Positions 30,141-44,273 are shown, counted from the first letter of the stretch. The stretch is DNA of 64,000 nt from Octopus vulgaris (GCA_951406725.2 OX597823.1:50902001-50966000), one strand, 5' to 3'. A program made the numbers and translations. Notes: generated by a model from the letters alone, not told the origin.

Positions 30141-31098
30141 CAGCGTGCGGGAAGGAATATTAATATACTTGCTTAATGTACATTTGAGAATAAATCTAAT
30201 ATATTTTTATATATAATCACATATACTTACACACGCGGACACACACGCATATGGACGCATATACATGCATATACACGCAGAGAGGCACACACAAGCACTG
30301 ACACGCACAATACACACATGGTTATGGTTTGACTTGTGTCCTTTTCATATTTTGCATCTTGGCTTTTCAACAAAGAGATATCCTTAAAATATCAGCCAGA
30401 AGTTTGAAGCATAACAAATGCGGGCAATAAGTTCGACTAAACTCTTGAAAGCTTGTACTACAGCGTGACAACAGCCTAATGACAAAAATCAATAAATGAA
30501 TGTACTTAGATCAAAATCAAGAAATTGAGAAATATTTTTTTCTCATAGTGGTTGAGACATGTCAATTTTGAAAAATGTTTAATTCAGAAGGAAGAAAAAT
30601 CACAAATAAATTTAAAAAAAAAAAGAAAATAAGAAAGGGTCTTGCCTCAACACGTGCTCTACCCCTGGTGGCTAGCTGTCGGGGGGCGGAGACTATCCTT
30701 TGTAGACTAATTCAAGTTGAGTCAGGTTTGGAAGCTTAAAATTTAAATCAAAGAGTAAAGATGGAGTCACGGGAAATTTCGACGTAAATAATTTTACCAT
30801 GGAAAAATCCGACGTGAATAAAATACAAAAAAAATCCGATGTGAATAAAATACAAAAAAAATACATAACAAATTAGCAAACAAACGAACAAGCAAACGAA
30901 AAACAACGATTGGCTATTTTCTTAAAATGGCAACTTCATCAGATAACCTAACAATTTAGAAAAATGCAATTACTTAAAATGAGTTATCTACCTTGCAATC
31001 TACTTGTGTGCCTCCTTTACGGTAATTTCTTACAGCAAAGTTTTCTTCGGCAAAAATGTTACAGAGAATATTTCGGACACAGCATAGACGGTATATAC

Positions 31099-31330
31099 AG
31101 GCGGCGAGCTGGCAGAAACGTTAGCACGCCGGGCGAAATGCGTAGCCGTATTTCGTCTGCCGTTGCGTTCTGGGTTCAAATTCCGCCGAGGTCGACTTTG
31201 CCTTTCATCCTTTCGGGGTCGATAAATTAAGTACCTGTTACGCACTGGGGTCGATGTAATCGACTTAATCCGTTTGTCTGTCCTTGTTTGTCTCCTCTGT
31301 GTTTAGCCCCTTGTGGGTAGTAAAGAAATA
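31099..31330 (+). mobile_element. SINE family A, young full-length copy with target-site duplication
   Basis: ATAGACGGTATA at 31084-31095 and 31332-31343. Confidence 0.9.
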
Positions 31331-31929
31331 TATAGACGGTATACAGTATATACACATTCAATATTTATTTTCGTCACACAGCTAGAAGACTCGATAAAAA
31401 TTTATTTGCGACGAAGGGCAGTGTTTGTTGAAAATAGCATTCAGTATATCATATTTAACGCAGATATACTGTAGAGAACCTGGAAATTGCAGTATACGTC
31501 TCCAGGGAGCATCTCGTAAACGAGTAAAGCGCTGATACGAAAAGAAATATCTCAGTAGGGGACGGCTAACTGCCTGATTATTGTGACCCAAGTGATTTCC
31601 TAATCACTGTTTTCCTGTATTTTGCTAAATTTGTCTTAGCATGAAATAGGTAGTAGACGATTTGCTACTGATGACACTCAAAGAAGGGAAAATAGGTATT
31701 TCGCAATTTTATTGCCGTTGCTAGAAAATTTTCGTCTGCTACTGATCCATTTCTGGTTTTTAACACTATGTCCCATCACAAAATGCTTTTTTCAGACGAA
31801 TACCGCAATTTTCAGATATACAGAAGGTCGAATTTCTGCATGCACGTGCGCGCGCGCGCGTACATTGTTTCGAATTTTCTCCAGTTTTCACGAACTCAGT
31901 ATTGAGATACTTGGAACAAAAGCTGTATA

Positions 31930-32560
31930 GAGAAAATGAAGAGAAATACAACAAGACCTTTAAAAGACATATATAGGACACATGGAAAAGATACTTCAAT
32001 AATTGTTTCCTAATTTGGACCAAAACCCTAGAAAATCTGGAAGAAGTCAGCACCCTCCTCAATAATCTACGCCCTAGTCTTAAATTCACAAGAGAAGTGA
32101 GCAACACATAATTACCATTTCTTGATATAATGGTAATTAAAAACAACACCGAAATCACAAGTGATAATTACTACAAAAGCACAGACACACACCAGTACCT
32201 AAATTTCAAATCATTCTACCCAATACACACAGGACCCAACATTTCGTACTGTCTAACCAGGAAAATTTGTATTATAGTCGATGATCAAAATACCAGAAAC
32301 ACACGACTTATAGAACTCAAAGAATTTCTGCTCAAGCAAAATTACCATCTCCTAGCATACAACGAGCAAATGAGATGCCCATAGAACAGCTTAGAGCAAC
32401 ACGAAAAAGACGAACCCATCAAAGGAACACAATATAATTTGTAGTAACACACAATTCGCATCGCCAAAACATTTTTAGCTTCAGCAAAACAAATTTGCCA
32501 ATCATAAGACAAAGTGAAAAATTAAAAACATGATAACTAATCAGGCACTTATCTTAAGCA
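31930..32560 (+). pseudogene. Second PLE RT fragment (C-terminal RT/thumb)
   Basis: WKRYFNNCFLIW (decayed YxDD)...LKFTRE...LPFLDI...YYKSTDTHQYLNFKS. Confidence 0.75.
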
Positions 32561-32614
32561 AAAAGCATTTTCATTGTATTTACATAACAAAAAATAACAT
32601 GAATATATTTTTTT

Positions 32615-32990
32615 TATTCTTTTACTTGTTTCAGTCATTTGATTGCGGCCAGACTGGAGCACCGCCTTTAGTCGAACAAATCAACCCCCAGGACTTATTT
32701 TCTGTAAGCCTAGTACTTCTTCTCTCGTTCTTTTTTGCTGAACCACTAAGTTACGGGAACGTAAACACACAAACATCGGTTGTCAAGCGATGGTTAGATG
32801 ACAAACACACACACACACACATATGTGGTGTGTGTGTGACGGGCTTCTTTTAGTTTCTGTCTACCAAATCCAGTCAGAAGGTGTTGGTCGGTCCGAGGCT
32901 ATAGTAGAAGACACTTGTCCAAGGTGCCACGCAGTGGAACTGAACTCGGAACCATGTGGTCAGGAAGCAAGCTTCTTACCATACAGCCTG
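32615..32990 (-). mobile_element. SINE family B
   Basis: Homology to other family B copies. Confidence 0.85.
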
Positions 32991-33053
32991 TCTATATAAA
33001 TGAGTAACAAAGATGTACATATGTCAATTTATTACGTCAGATGACTGCAGTCA

Positions 33054-33135
33054 TCTGACGAAATCAGCTTCTTTGCAATGATGTAATGTTATCATTAATC
33101 AATTAAAGGAGTCGCTCGAAACGACTGTAATAAAT
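33054..33135 (+). ncRNA. Degenerate hammerhead-like motif with long stem II
   Basis: CTGACGA...GCTTCTTT/AAAGGAGT stem...GAAAC-GACT-GTA; stem I partner lost to a local inversion. Confidence 0.45.
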
Positions 33136-33214
33136 GGACACATCTAATCATTGTTACTCATTTACATTTTATTCACCTACTCTGGAATCTGCACTTCGAA
33201 AATATTAGTGAAAA

Positions 33215-33727
33215 TCTATATATATAAAACTGTAGTTGTGTGAGAGTCTGTCCCCTTCGATTTAGATTCCTAACTACTCCCACATTTTGCGGTGCAGTTT
33301 AACCAAATTCGGGTATCTTATAGTCGTGATTCATATCAAGCCCGTCTGAGTATTAGCGCGCGTCTACGATGAGTCTACGATTTTAAAAATAATTTAACAT
33401 AATTTTTTATTTCATTTTAATGCATAATTTTTCGTGTGTCGATGGCGGCGGAGTTGGCGTCCATGGTTACACCTGCACCTGTTTGCTTCTCCCCCTTCTT
33501 CCCTCCCTCGTGAAGCTGTGGGGAAGGGAGTGTAAGGAAATCAACGTCGTAAAGCGTTGTCAAGGAAACCAGCGTTCTTTTAGAACAACGACTTCATGGC
33601 TTGAAGACACCAAAACAGAAATGGCTAAGAAAGCCCGAATTGGCATCTATAAGGGAAGTAACTCTCTAAAAATGCTTATATAGTTATTTCCCTTACAAAC
33701 CAGAGCAACGCCGGGCGATACTGCTAG
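33215..33727 (+). mobile_element. Non-autonomous Helitron
   Basis: Starts A|TC (TCTATATATATAAAAC), ends CTAG|T, GC-rich imperfect hairpin CCAGAGCAACGCCGGG about 10 nt before the end. Confidence 0.75.
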
Positions 33728-33939
33728 TATATTATATAATGTACATGTCTGAATAACAGCGAGCGGATCTGTTCACAAGGTTATCTGCATACACTGCAAG
33801 AATATCAAGTGCAAACACTTCTGCACAGAGTTTGATATTTACCGGATATTATTTGGGTGTGAAAACTGGATTGACCTAACAAGGTGACTCAATTTAAGCA
33901 CATAATTCAATTGAATCTTAATTATATTTTAATTCGTCA

Positions 33940-34085
33940 AGGAGTGGCTGTGTGGTAAGTAGCTTGTTTACCAACCACATGGTTCCGGGTTCAGTCCCAC
34001 TGCGTGGCATCTTGGACAAGTGTCTTCTACTACAGCCTCGAGCCGACCAAAGCCTTGTGAGTGGATTTGGTAGACGGAAACTGTA

Positions 34086-34135
<50 letters not shown>

Positions 34136-34215
34136 TGTATGTGTTTGTGTATCTGTGTTTGTCCCCCTAGCATTGCTTGACAACCGATGCTGGTGTGTTT
34201 ATGTCCCCGTTAATT
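33940..34215 (+). mobile_element. SINE family B (3' truncated)
   Basis: Homology to other family B copies. Confidence 0.85.
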
Positions 34216-34989
34216 GAGAAGGCAGCATATAGAAAACACAGCCAGTAAACAACCGAAAACGACATACGGAGAATGGAAAACAAAAAAAAAACAGAAACTA
34301 CAATGTAAAAAATAAAAAGTAAAAAGGTAAAAAGAAGATATCCTCCGTAGACTTAGGCTGGAAAGATATCAAGCCAGTGGGAAATAGGCGGAATTTTACA
34401 ATTCCTCAAAAAATATTTATACATTTGCACTGAAAATACTGAAATTACTGATCGGCAGAGTTAGGGAAAGTGATTGAGAAATCTATATATCTTACGTGAA
34501 TGGATCGAATAAATGTAGATTTTGTTTGGCTGAAAGAGCGCAGATCCTGTTCAGATCGAAGATCCCGTTTTCATTATCCGTTGTTTACTGTCTGCGTTTT
34601 CTATATTCTATATTCTCAGTTTTTTAGCGTTTCTTCTATTATTCAATTTCTTTATTCCGTTATGGTATGTGGTTTGCGCCTGATTTTTCTCAACACGTGA
34701 AACTATTAGTAGCGCTTCAATACATGTATTGTGATCGTTAAATAAATAATATTCATTTCTCACCAGATAGAGTGCTACTTTTGTTGAATTCTCTATCACG
34801 GATCAGTGCATTATATACCTTCTAACGTTGGCTTTTCACTGCAAATCCATAACTGCCATATGATTGGCATGATTGCTTTGTTAAGTTGAGTGGCTTTAAA
34901 GATTCAACCAAGTTGCAGACTATTATGGATTTATACAACATGGACTACTCTTCAAAAAATATACCTGCACTACAAAATAAACTATATCT

Positions 34990-35817
34990 GAGGAAAGGCC
35001 AATTCGTGTCTGCAAAGACACAGGGAAACCGACTCATCAGTTCAAAACGGTTACTTAACAAAGTGAAAAACCCTCCTGAACAAAGCATGATTTGGTTTTT
35101 CTCTGAAGAAAAATGCTTTGACCAGGATCAAAAGTCTAACAGAAGAAATGACAGGTGGTTATGTGCAGATCCTTTTGAAGTATCCAGAGTGATGCACACG
35201 AAATTCCAGCAACTGTGATGGTTTTAGGAGTGGTGAGTAGCAAACGTCATGTGATGCCTTACCAGTTCTTTTTTTTTTTCCACAGGGTCTTAGAATTAAT
35301 GCTGCTGGATACTTTGAGGTACTGGAAACTGTTATCAAGTCGTGAATTGATGAAGTATGCAATGGATGGCCATACATGTTTCAACAAGACTCAGCCCTTT
35401 CTCAAAAAGCCCTAGTTGCCCAAGAATGGCTGTCAGACAATCTTTATGATTATGTAACACTCAATATGTGGCCTCCAAACTCACCAGATTTGAACCCCAT
35501 GGACCTCTACGTGTGGAGCGCTGTTGAAAGGGAGACTCATCGTAGTCTTCATAATACCATAGCTTCACTGAAGGCCGCCATTGTCCAGGTGATGTCCAAA
35601 ATGAATAAGGACCATATAAAGTCAGCATGACTGCGGTTTCGGTCCCGCATTGAAGCAGTCATCGAAGACGAAGGTGGTTTCTTAGAATAATTTGCTTAAA
35701 AAATCATTATCAAGACTAATTGCACAAACTTTTATTCAAATACATATTTATGTATGCTGAAACATAGTTGTTTTATTGCATACCAAAACTGTCCTCAAGT
35801 ACACCCTTCGTACCCAG
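34990..35817 (+). mobile_element. Tc1/mariner DD37D transposon relic (second subfamily)
   Basis: WFFSEEK...NRRNDRW; FQQDSAL...WPPNSPDLNPMD (37 spacing); frameshifts; ends ...CCCAG|TA. Confidence 0.85.
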
Positions 35818-36140
35818 TATATACAAATACATAGATACATACTTGTGCATATATATATAAATGCATATATATATATATATACACATAAATATATACATAT
35901 CTATCTATATATATATATGCATATATATATATGTATGCATATATATCTATATGCATATATATATATATATATATATATGCATATATACATATATATATAT
36001 GTATATATTGACGGATATATATAAATGTACACATACATCATCTTATATATACATATGTATTCATCTATATTCATATCTACATATATCTATGCCTGTATAA
36101 ATCTGTATATCTAGATCTGTATATATACATACATACATAA

Positions 36141-36200
<60 letters not shown>

Positions 36201-36316
36201 CATACCTACATATACGTATATATTGAATTCCTTATTTGTCATATTCAATAGAAATGCAAGGAAAACGCAAATATATGGGTTCGCTTAATAGTCATATATC
36301 CAAATACATATATATA

Positions 36317-36352
<36 letters not shown>

Positions 36353-36904
36353 TGTATGTATGTATGTATGTATGTATGTATGTATGTATGTATGTATGTA
36401 TGTATGTATATACTTACCTATATACACAGCATATACACGCAATACGCATTCATAATATATAATGGACACGAAAGGAAATTCCTGTTTTGCTTCCAGTAAC
36501 ATTTTTCTATGATTCAGTATGCATATTACAAATACTCTTTGTTCCTTTGTTGTGCACAATATATAATTAACCAGTCATAGATTATTAATTCTTTCCGAAC
36601 CATATAGATCATATTTGCAGCTAGTTAAAAAGGGCGAATTGGTATATTTTCTATATCAATATTCGTTCTACATAAAAGTTGAGCTGTTCATGTGAGTGGC
36701 ATAACAGCTTTCACCAATATCAACGTTCTTTCCATGAAGCATATTATGTTTTCCTACCCATGTACATTCCGTTTATCAAGTAACTCCATTCTCTAGCGAT
36801 ACTAGTTTTGATCATAGAAATAATCATAATAAAAAAAACCCGTAATATATGCATTAATTTGGTGTGTTATATCGGACTTTCTTTTTATGTTTTATGCATA
36901 CGTT

Positions 36905-37193
<289 letters not shown>

Positions 37194-37195
37194 GC

Positions 37196-37243
37196 AAAAA
37201 CTGTCCGACGAACGGCAACGTGAAACTCAGAGTAACAGGTTTT
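37196..37243 (+). ncRNA. Minimal hammerhead motif (one core substitution, U4 to C)
   Basis: CTGT-CCGACGA-ACG-GCAA-CGT-GAAAC-TCAGA-GTA-ACAG in a 150-bp element flanked by (TA)n. Confidence 0.65.
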
Positions 37244-37340
37244 GTTGAATTTTCCGCTGCTTTAAATAAAGCATATTACTCTACCACTGGTATTTGAGTA
37301 CTCTTTTTCCCACCTTGTTTCACATTTATGTGTTTACTCC

Positions 37341-37408
<68 letters not shown>

Positions 37409-38048
37409 TGTGTATTTTCCCCTTGCTTCCAATTAGCACGGTAAAAATAGATACACAGTTGCCAGGGTTGCAAAAATTCACACAAATGAAAAGGGCGTAA
37501 CTCCTTGTTTTTAAAGGAGAAACTACGGGTTTACGTGAAATATTTTGTATAATATATATAAATAAATACATAAATGGAGTTAAACGCAGGTGTTATTCAA
37601 ACAATGTAATCTTCTCTTCAGGGAAATGAGGAAATAAACTCGTTAATAAGACATTTTAACAGTGAAGTGATGAACTGAACGCTATTAAGTTTAAAAACAA
37701 TAAACATTAGAGGATATAACGTCAAATGTAGCATATAGAAAGAGGTGTGTAAAAGAAAGGAAAAACCAAATAAATGAGAAGTATATAACGATATGTAAAT
37801 TAAATAAAACCCTATAGTCTTGGAAAAAGATATATCTAGTCAATGTGAAATGTAAGAAGAAAATATGTATGTACATGTATACTGACAATTGAAGGGCAGG
37901 GAAAGCGATGGAGTGAAAAAAGAGCATAAGATTTTAATGCTAAACCCGGACTTCGAGAACCAACAAATGATTGTACAGTCTCGTGTAACCAATTTTTCAT
38001 AACTTTTCTAACTTCCCGACCTCGACAAATGCATATATGAGCGTTCGC

Positions 38049-38094
<46 letters not shown>

Positions 38095-38592
38095 CCACGC
38101 GAATACGTACATAAAGAAATATTATTTTATGGTTTTATCATCCGCTATATGATTTTAATGAAAATAGCGAAGAACAACAGTTTTTATGTTACAACATGTT
38201 TCATTATGTTGGTGAATATATTTGTTCTTAAAACATCCTATTAATTGGTCTGTCAGGAATAGGTTGTGATGAATAAGAGAAAAAGATCTTCAGGCAAAGC
38301 TGACTTATCCGTTTTCGGATTCAATTAAACGTAAGACTGTGATAGATGGCATTATGAGCAAAACGAAACACAAGGAATATAACTACACAAAATACTAGAC
38401 ACAAGAATGCGTGCTTCATTAAGTTTTGGTTAACACTGTTCATGAATGTAAGTTAGTCGAAACTTTAAGTGCCGGAAGTTCGCGCTCAAAGACCGACAGT
38501 TTTTCCACGCATTTATTCAGTGGCAAATAGGTAGAAACGTTACAAAGTAGGACCAAATAAATTCTGCAGTATAACAAACTGCCTTTATGTAG

Positions 38593-38905
38593 GTTACGAC
38601 GAAAAGGGTTCCAGTTGATCCGATCAACGGAACAGCCTGCTTATGAAATTAACATGCAATTGGCTGATCCCGCCCACAGACACGTGTACCCTTAACATAG
38701 TTTTCAAGAAGATTCAATGTAACACAAAATGGTTCAAGGCTGGCGGCACTTTGAATTAGAGGCACAACCCAAATTTGACAGATAAGTGGACTGGAACAAA
38801 GTGTAATAAAGTGTCTTGGTCGAAGACACAGCGTGCCATGTAGTATCGAATTCACGATCTCATGGTTGTGAGTTCGATACCCTAACCACCGAACCACGTT
38901 CCTTC
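38593..38905 (-). mobile_element. SINE family D (head/body 2 + tail Y)
   Basis: Head like 10475-10723; tail GGGTTCCAGTTGATCCGATCAACG shared with 41340. Confidence 0.75.
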
Positions 38906-39944
38906 ACATTCCACAGTAGCATTGTTCACAAACAGGTGGGGATGCCATCCACTTCGGGCGAAGCGCTTACAGCGGTGACATTTTTGGGTCTGCAGCTTAA
39001 GTGCATATAAGCTGTATTGCTGGGTGGCGACAGACTCAAGGACTATCACGGGTGGCATTCACTCAACCTGCGGTATTGTCCTTCCAGTATTTACTTCAAG
39101 TTTGTGCTCTCTGAGTTCAAATCCCGCCGCCTGAGTCAGCACTGCATTTTCTCCTTCCAGGGTCGATGACGCAAAATACATGTCCATAGCAGTGGATTGA
39201 AGGAATTGTTAGACTTCGTTCAACCGGTATACGTTGCCGTATTTGCTCGGGCTCTTGCTAGTCAATGTTCTTGACTGGCAGACTTCTCCACCCGCCTCGT
39301 TCTTGAGTACAATTTGTGGGATTCACTTTGTTGCAAGCATTTGAACCAGCTCACCAGTTTGAAGGTAACTTGCTTTCATCTTTTCTCACAAAACTCTGAA
39401 ACTCTGCAAAAGAAGTGTCCCGAGCGCAGCTGTTTCCTCTCTGACTAAACTGTGAAACAATCGACGTCATTTGATAACATAGACAACCTCCATATATCAA
39501 TATCTCAGTCAAATTAATTAACTTTTTTTGGTCTTCTTTTTTTCAGATCTATTTGGATTAAAATCCTTATAAAACTCTAGAATAAGCATAGTAAACTTAC
39601 TACAGTGTATTAGCTTTTCACGATCTCGAAATCGGTTAGTTTAACAGAGGAAAAGTTTATGATATGTAAGAAGGAAAGGGGGAGAATGAATAAAATGTGA
39701 AATCCTCCTTTGATTACATAGAATCTGTGTATATATATGTATTTGTTTTAATCCAAATTTCAAATTTATACCAGTATCTTATAAATCAAAACAGACATTT
39801 GACATTCATGTCTTTCTAAAGAGAAGGAAAAATTTAAATGAACATCAAATACGACACCGCCAGCTCATTGACTAGATAAGTGTAAATTTGGTCTTGGTAT
39901 ATCAATGTTAGCTGGCGTATTGTACATTACTTTTCTGCACCTGA

Positions 39945-40182
39945 TACTCTTTACTCTTTACTCTTTTACTTGTTTCAGTCATTTGACTGCGGTCATGCTG
40001 GAGCACCGCCTTTAATCGAGCAACTCGACCCCAGGACTTATTCTTTTGTAAGCCCAGTACTTGTTCTATCGGTCTCTTTTGCCGAACCGCTAAGTAACGG
40101 GGACATAAACACACCAGCATCGGTTGTCAAGCAATGCTAGGGGGACAAACACAGACACACAAACACACACACATACACATAC

Positions 40183-40214
<32 letters not shown>

Positions 40215-40291
40215 GACGGGCTTCTTTCAGTTTCCGTCTACCAAATCCACTCACAAGGCTTTGGTCGGCCCGAGGCTATAGTAGAAGACAC
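39945..40291 (-). mobile_element. SINE family B (5' truncated)
   Basis: Homology to other family B copies. Confidence 0.85.
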
Positions 40292-40446
40292 TTTGTTTTT
40301 ATGTTCATTTAAAGAGTGATTCACTTTTGTATTAAACATGAATTAGCCTGAATAATTATTTCTTAATAAATATGTAGTTAAAAAATTCTTCAATAATTCC
40401 AGAATAAAAATGAATGACCAAATACTGAATTCCAACAACAGTAGGG

Positions 40447-40576
40447 AACTAGAAAAGCACGTGGAGAGCGCAGAGCTCCGCCAAGCAGCTCATTTCACCC
40501 ATATACACGCATGCTGAAAATTGCCCAATTTCCCAAACCAGCACCGGCAAAAACATAACCTCCTTGGCGGGGTTAA
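40447..40576. mobile_element. Helentron-associated short element (HINE-like) termini
   Basis: ACTAGAAAAGCAC...GAGAGCGCAGAGCTCCGCCAAG and AAAACATAACCTCCTTGGCGGGG with subterminal inverted repeat CCGCCAAG/CTTGGCGG. Confidence 0.5.
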
Positions 40577-40700
40577 AATAAATAACACTTATGATTTTAA
40601 AACAAACCTTTAAAAACAGGAATCATCTGAAGCAGTTATAATACATCAATGACAACAGCAAGCTAGTTTCACCATTCAACTAAAAAGAAACAACAATTAC

Positions 40701-40946
40701 CTAAAACTTGAGTGATACACACACAACATCTTGGTCGGAAAAATAACAGTCGGTTAAGGTGACTTGTGGACGCCGATCCTGGTCCTCATAAACATAATCT
40801 AGCAGGCTTCCATAGTCGGTGGTGGGTTTTTGCACTCTTTGGTCGAACTCAAACTGGTTTATAGTTGTCAAGATCTCATGATTAGGGGAATCAAGGAGAT
40901 CCACATTGAAATCACCAAGGACGATGGTCAGATGATTCCTTGGCAA
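40701..40946 (-). pseudogene. AP-endonuclease C-terminal fragment, probably Helentron-derived
   Basis: IVLGDFNVD...PTTDYGSLLDYVY...YFSDQD followed directly by a stop (terminal EN domain, unlike LINE ORF2). Confidence 0.65.
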
Positions 40947-41339
40947 AGATAAAAGAGGTATCTGTCTACTTACGAAACTAAACTTACCTGCCTTACCTTC
41001 TTTACATCCCTATGTGGTCAGGATAGTATCAATCATCCCTCAGGAGTCCATAGATACGCAAGTAAAATTACTAACAGAAAAACGAAAATAACACTTCGGA
41101 AACAGCAACGCCACCATAGGTTACGTGGAACCGATGAACGTGTTTTCAAGGGAGATAATCAAAGAACATAACTAATACTTCATGTAAAGTAAATATAACA
41201 AATGAAAAATCCTTCAAGAATCCATAAAAATTCCCGTGTCACTAACAAAATTTCATCATCTGTTCCTTGTGTTATTACCAACTTTTGCTGCAAGTTTCAT
41301 CAAATACCGTTCACATATATATTTGTATCACTCCGTCGA

Positions 41340-41708
41340 TTACGAATACGAAAGGGTTCCAGTTGATCCGATCAACGAAACAGCCTGCTCGTGACATTAA
41401 CGTGCAAGTGGCTGAGCACTCCACAGACACACATACCATTAACGTAGTTCTCGAGGAGATTCAGCGTGACACAGAGTGTGACAAGGCTGGCCCTTTGAAA
41501 TACAGGTACAACAGAAATAGGAAGAAAGAGTGAGAGAAAGTTGTGGTGAAAGAGTACAGCAGGGTTCTCCACCCCCCCCTGCTGGAGCATCGTGGATCTT
41601 TTTAGGTGTTTTCGCTTAATAAACACTCACAACGCCCGGTCTGGGAATCGAAACCGCGGGCCCTACGTCCGCCAGTCTACTACCCTAAACACTGGGCCAT
41701 TGAGCCTA
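41340..41708 (-). mobile_element. SINE family C (head/body 1 + tail Y)
   Basis: Body GAAAGAGTGAGAGAAAGTTGTGG shared with 1777-2070; tail shared with 38593. Confidence 0.8.
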
Positions 41709-42051
41709 CACACACACACACACGCACATGTATTTTGCGTGCGTGTGTTTGTGTGTGCGTGCGTTTCTGTTTGTGTTAGAATCCTTACTCTTAGACAACC
41801 GATATTGGTTTGTTTACGTTACCACAAATTAGTAGTTCGGCAAAAAGTAATAAACAAAGATAGATGCAATAAATGGCGTCTTTATCACAATTGTTTATCA
41901 AGACATCACTATTTTCCTACTTCTTATCATGCATCTATTGAGCAAACACTTAGAAACTCCATCGGTTGCACGGCATTTTTTAGCATCGTTGTGAAGCCGC
42001 GGGTAATCCTTTACAAACGTATGACTCAAAAACTTTCCAATCTTGAGAAGT

Positions 42052-42301
42052 GAAGGTAAAGTTACCTCATCGAGTCATGCCGGCTCATAAGGGTCGGTTT
42101 CCCGGTTTCTATGGCGTATAAATTCCCCACATGATCGGGACGCTGGTCCATCGCATCGTTACTCATTTTTGCCAGCTGAGTGGACTGGAGCAACGTGAAA
42201 TGAAGTGCTCTGCTCAAGAACACAACACGTCGCCTAGTCCAGAAATCGAAACCACAACTTTATGCTCGTGAATCCAACAACTACTAAGTCACGCGCCTCC
42301 G
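42052..42301 (-). mobile_element. SINE family D (tail X)
   Basis: Homologous to 10475-10723. Confidence 0.8.
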
Positions 42302-42369
42302 CCACCTCAGTTTTAAGGGTACGTAAAACAACATTATGTCATATATCTTTTCTTTATTTAGAACGGTAC

Positions 42370-42557
42370 GATATGTTTTGCGAGATATTTGGCTGATATT
42401 TCTAGCAGGTCATGACTATGACATAGAAGCTACTTAGGGGGCTGGCGCCGTCTGCTGTTGTTATTTAGTTCTTGGTCAGCACTGATCGGGCAGACCTGTG
42501 CTCAAATGCTTTCCTGTTGTGACTATCCCATCAATTTCCTCTGTTCAACGCCTTAAA

Positions 42558-42589
<32 letters not shown>

Positions 42590-42855
42590 GAAGATACAGT
42601 GTGATTTCGGAGAGATTTAGCTATTTTTCATGAGCTGAGCAACCACGAACAAGCTTCACCTTCGTTGTTGTTTTTTTAGTCTTTGGTTAGCACTGATCGA
42701 GCAGACTTATAATCAAAAGCTTTTCTGCAAAGATTATTCCATCATTCTTCGATATTCACAACGCTTCTGTTTTAAAGGCGTGACGCTGTGGTTTGAGAGT
42801 GATTTAACTGGTATTTCTATAAAGCTGAGTGGTCACGTAGAGACTTCTCTTTGGC
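42370..42855. repeat. Old dispersed repeat in ~2.3 tandem units (~210 bp)
   Basis: GGTCAGCACTGATCGGGCAGACC / GGTTAGCACTGATCGAGCAGAC; GAGATTTRGCT...TTTCT recurs; decayed relatives at ~57630-57815 and ~60990-61195. Confidence 0.6.
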
Positions 42856-43640
42856 TCGGGTGACATAAAAGTATTTGTCACTTCCGGATTGTGGGTAATT
42901 TCACTCTTAGACCTCCTATGTAGGTCATGTTAGACTTGTTCTCCAATTAAGTATCTCGGACTTTGTTCGCACGCTACTTACGTCTCCCATCAAACCACGT
43001 GAACATTTTCTAACTTTCTAAAAACATTAAAACATCGCAGATGTGTCCATTTTGGAGACAGCATCAACATTCATTCAAAAGTGAAGCATGGAAGTGTGCA
43101 TGCATCTACTTAGGTATATGTAAATGCATGTGCCGCCGTGTATGTGTGTGTGTGTCTTTTGTCCAACAACATTTTCATAATTTGAACTTCTGACATGTTG
43201 TTGCATTTTACGATAACGAGCGAGGAAGTAAATCAACTTGACCAAAGAACATTGGTAACAAAACAATTCCTTTGAGTGACAGGTCACGTGATACGCTTTG
43301 TCATATTCAACAACGTCACATATATTTATATTTTTTTTTTTCTATCTTATGGTCTGTCAAAGTTATTTCTCTTGCAGGATATACTATCATTCAAGCCAAA
43401 CTGGACATACAATCATAAACACAGGCACACATTCACACAAACATACATTCATACCTACATACATACATACATGCATGCATACATACATGCATGCATATAT
43501 ACATGCATGTATACATAAATGCATGCATACATACATGCATACATATATAGTAAACATGCGCGCGATGTCTATATGTTTGTCTATCTATCTATCTGTATGA
43601 ATGTGTGTGTGCGTATACACATATACATACATACATACTT

Positions 43641-43705
<65 letters not shown>

Positions 43706-43754
43706 CATACATACACATAATATAATATAATATACATATGCATATATGTATTAG

Positions 43755-43955
43755 TGCGGCGAGGTAGTAGAATCGTTTGCCCTTTGGGAAGAATGTTTAA
43801 CGGCATTTCGGCCGTCTTTATGTTCAGAGTTCAAATTTCACCAAGTTCGACTTCCCCTTTCATCCTTTAGGGGCCAATAAAATAAATACTCGGATCGATC
43901 TAATCAACTTACTCTCTCTCTCGAAATTACGAACCCAGTGACAAAATTTGAAATA
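43755..43955 (+). mobile_element. SINE family A
   Basis: GCGGCGAGGTAGTAGAATCG...CCTTTCATCCTTTAGGGG. Confidence 0.7.
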
Positions 43956-43986
43956 TGTATATATATATAGCGAGAGAGAGAGATGC

Positions 43987-44040
<54 letters not shown>

Positions 44041-44084
44041 ATCTTTTATCTAGTACTGGTTTTAGCCAGAGGCTGAGGCCATGT

Positions 44085-44273
44085 TGCGTTCTGCGTATTT
44101 TTCTTCTGTACCGTTTCTGGTGGAGTAGCGAGCTGGGTGGAGGTGCTCTTCTTTGTGTTTCCCGCCTCAATGTGTTTTCATCTGGTATCTCAAATAAAGA
44201 TTTGTCCAGACGCTCTTTGAGGACATCCACATCTACACCTCGCAAATCTGAGGTTGTTTGATAGAACGTTGAA
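44085..44273 (-). mobile_element. 3' end of a CR1-like LINE
   Basis: DLRGVDVDVLKERLDKSLFEIPDE...SSLLHQ. Confidence 0.6.

Noticed and set aside
30915-30947. CTGATGA...GAAA on the minus strand
   Set aside because: No stem II or stem I pairing; chance match
34925-34990. MDYSSKNIP, resembling a PLE N-terminus
   Set aside because: Too short to support
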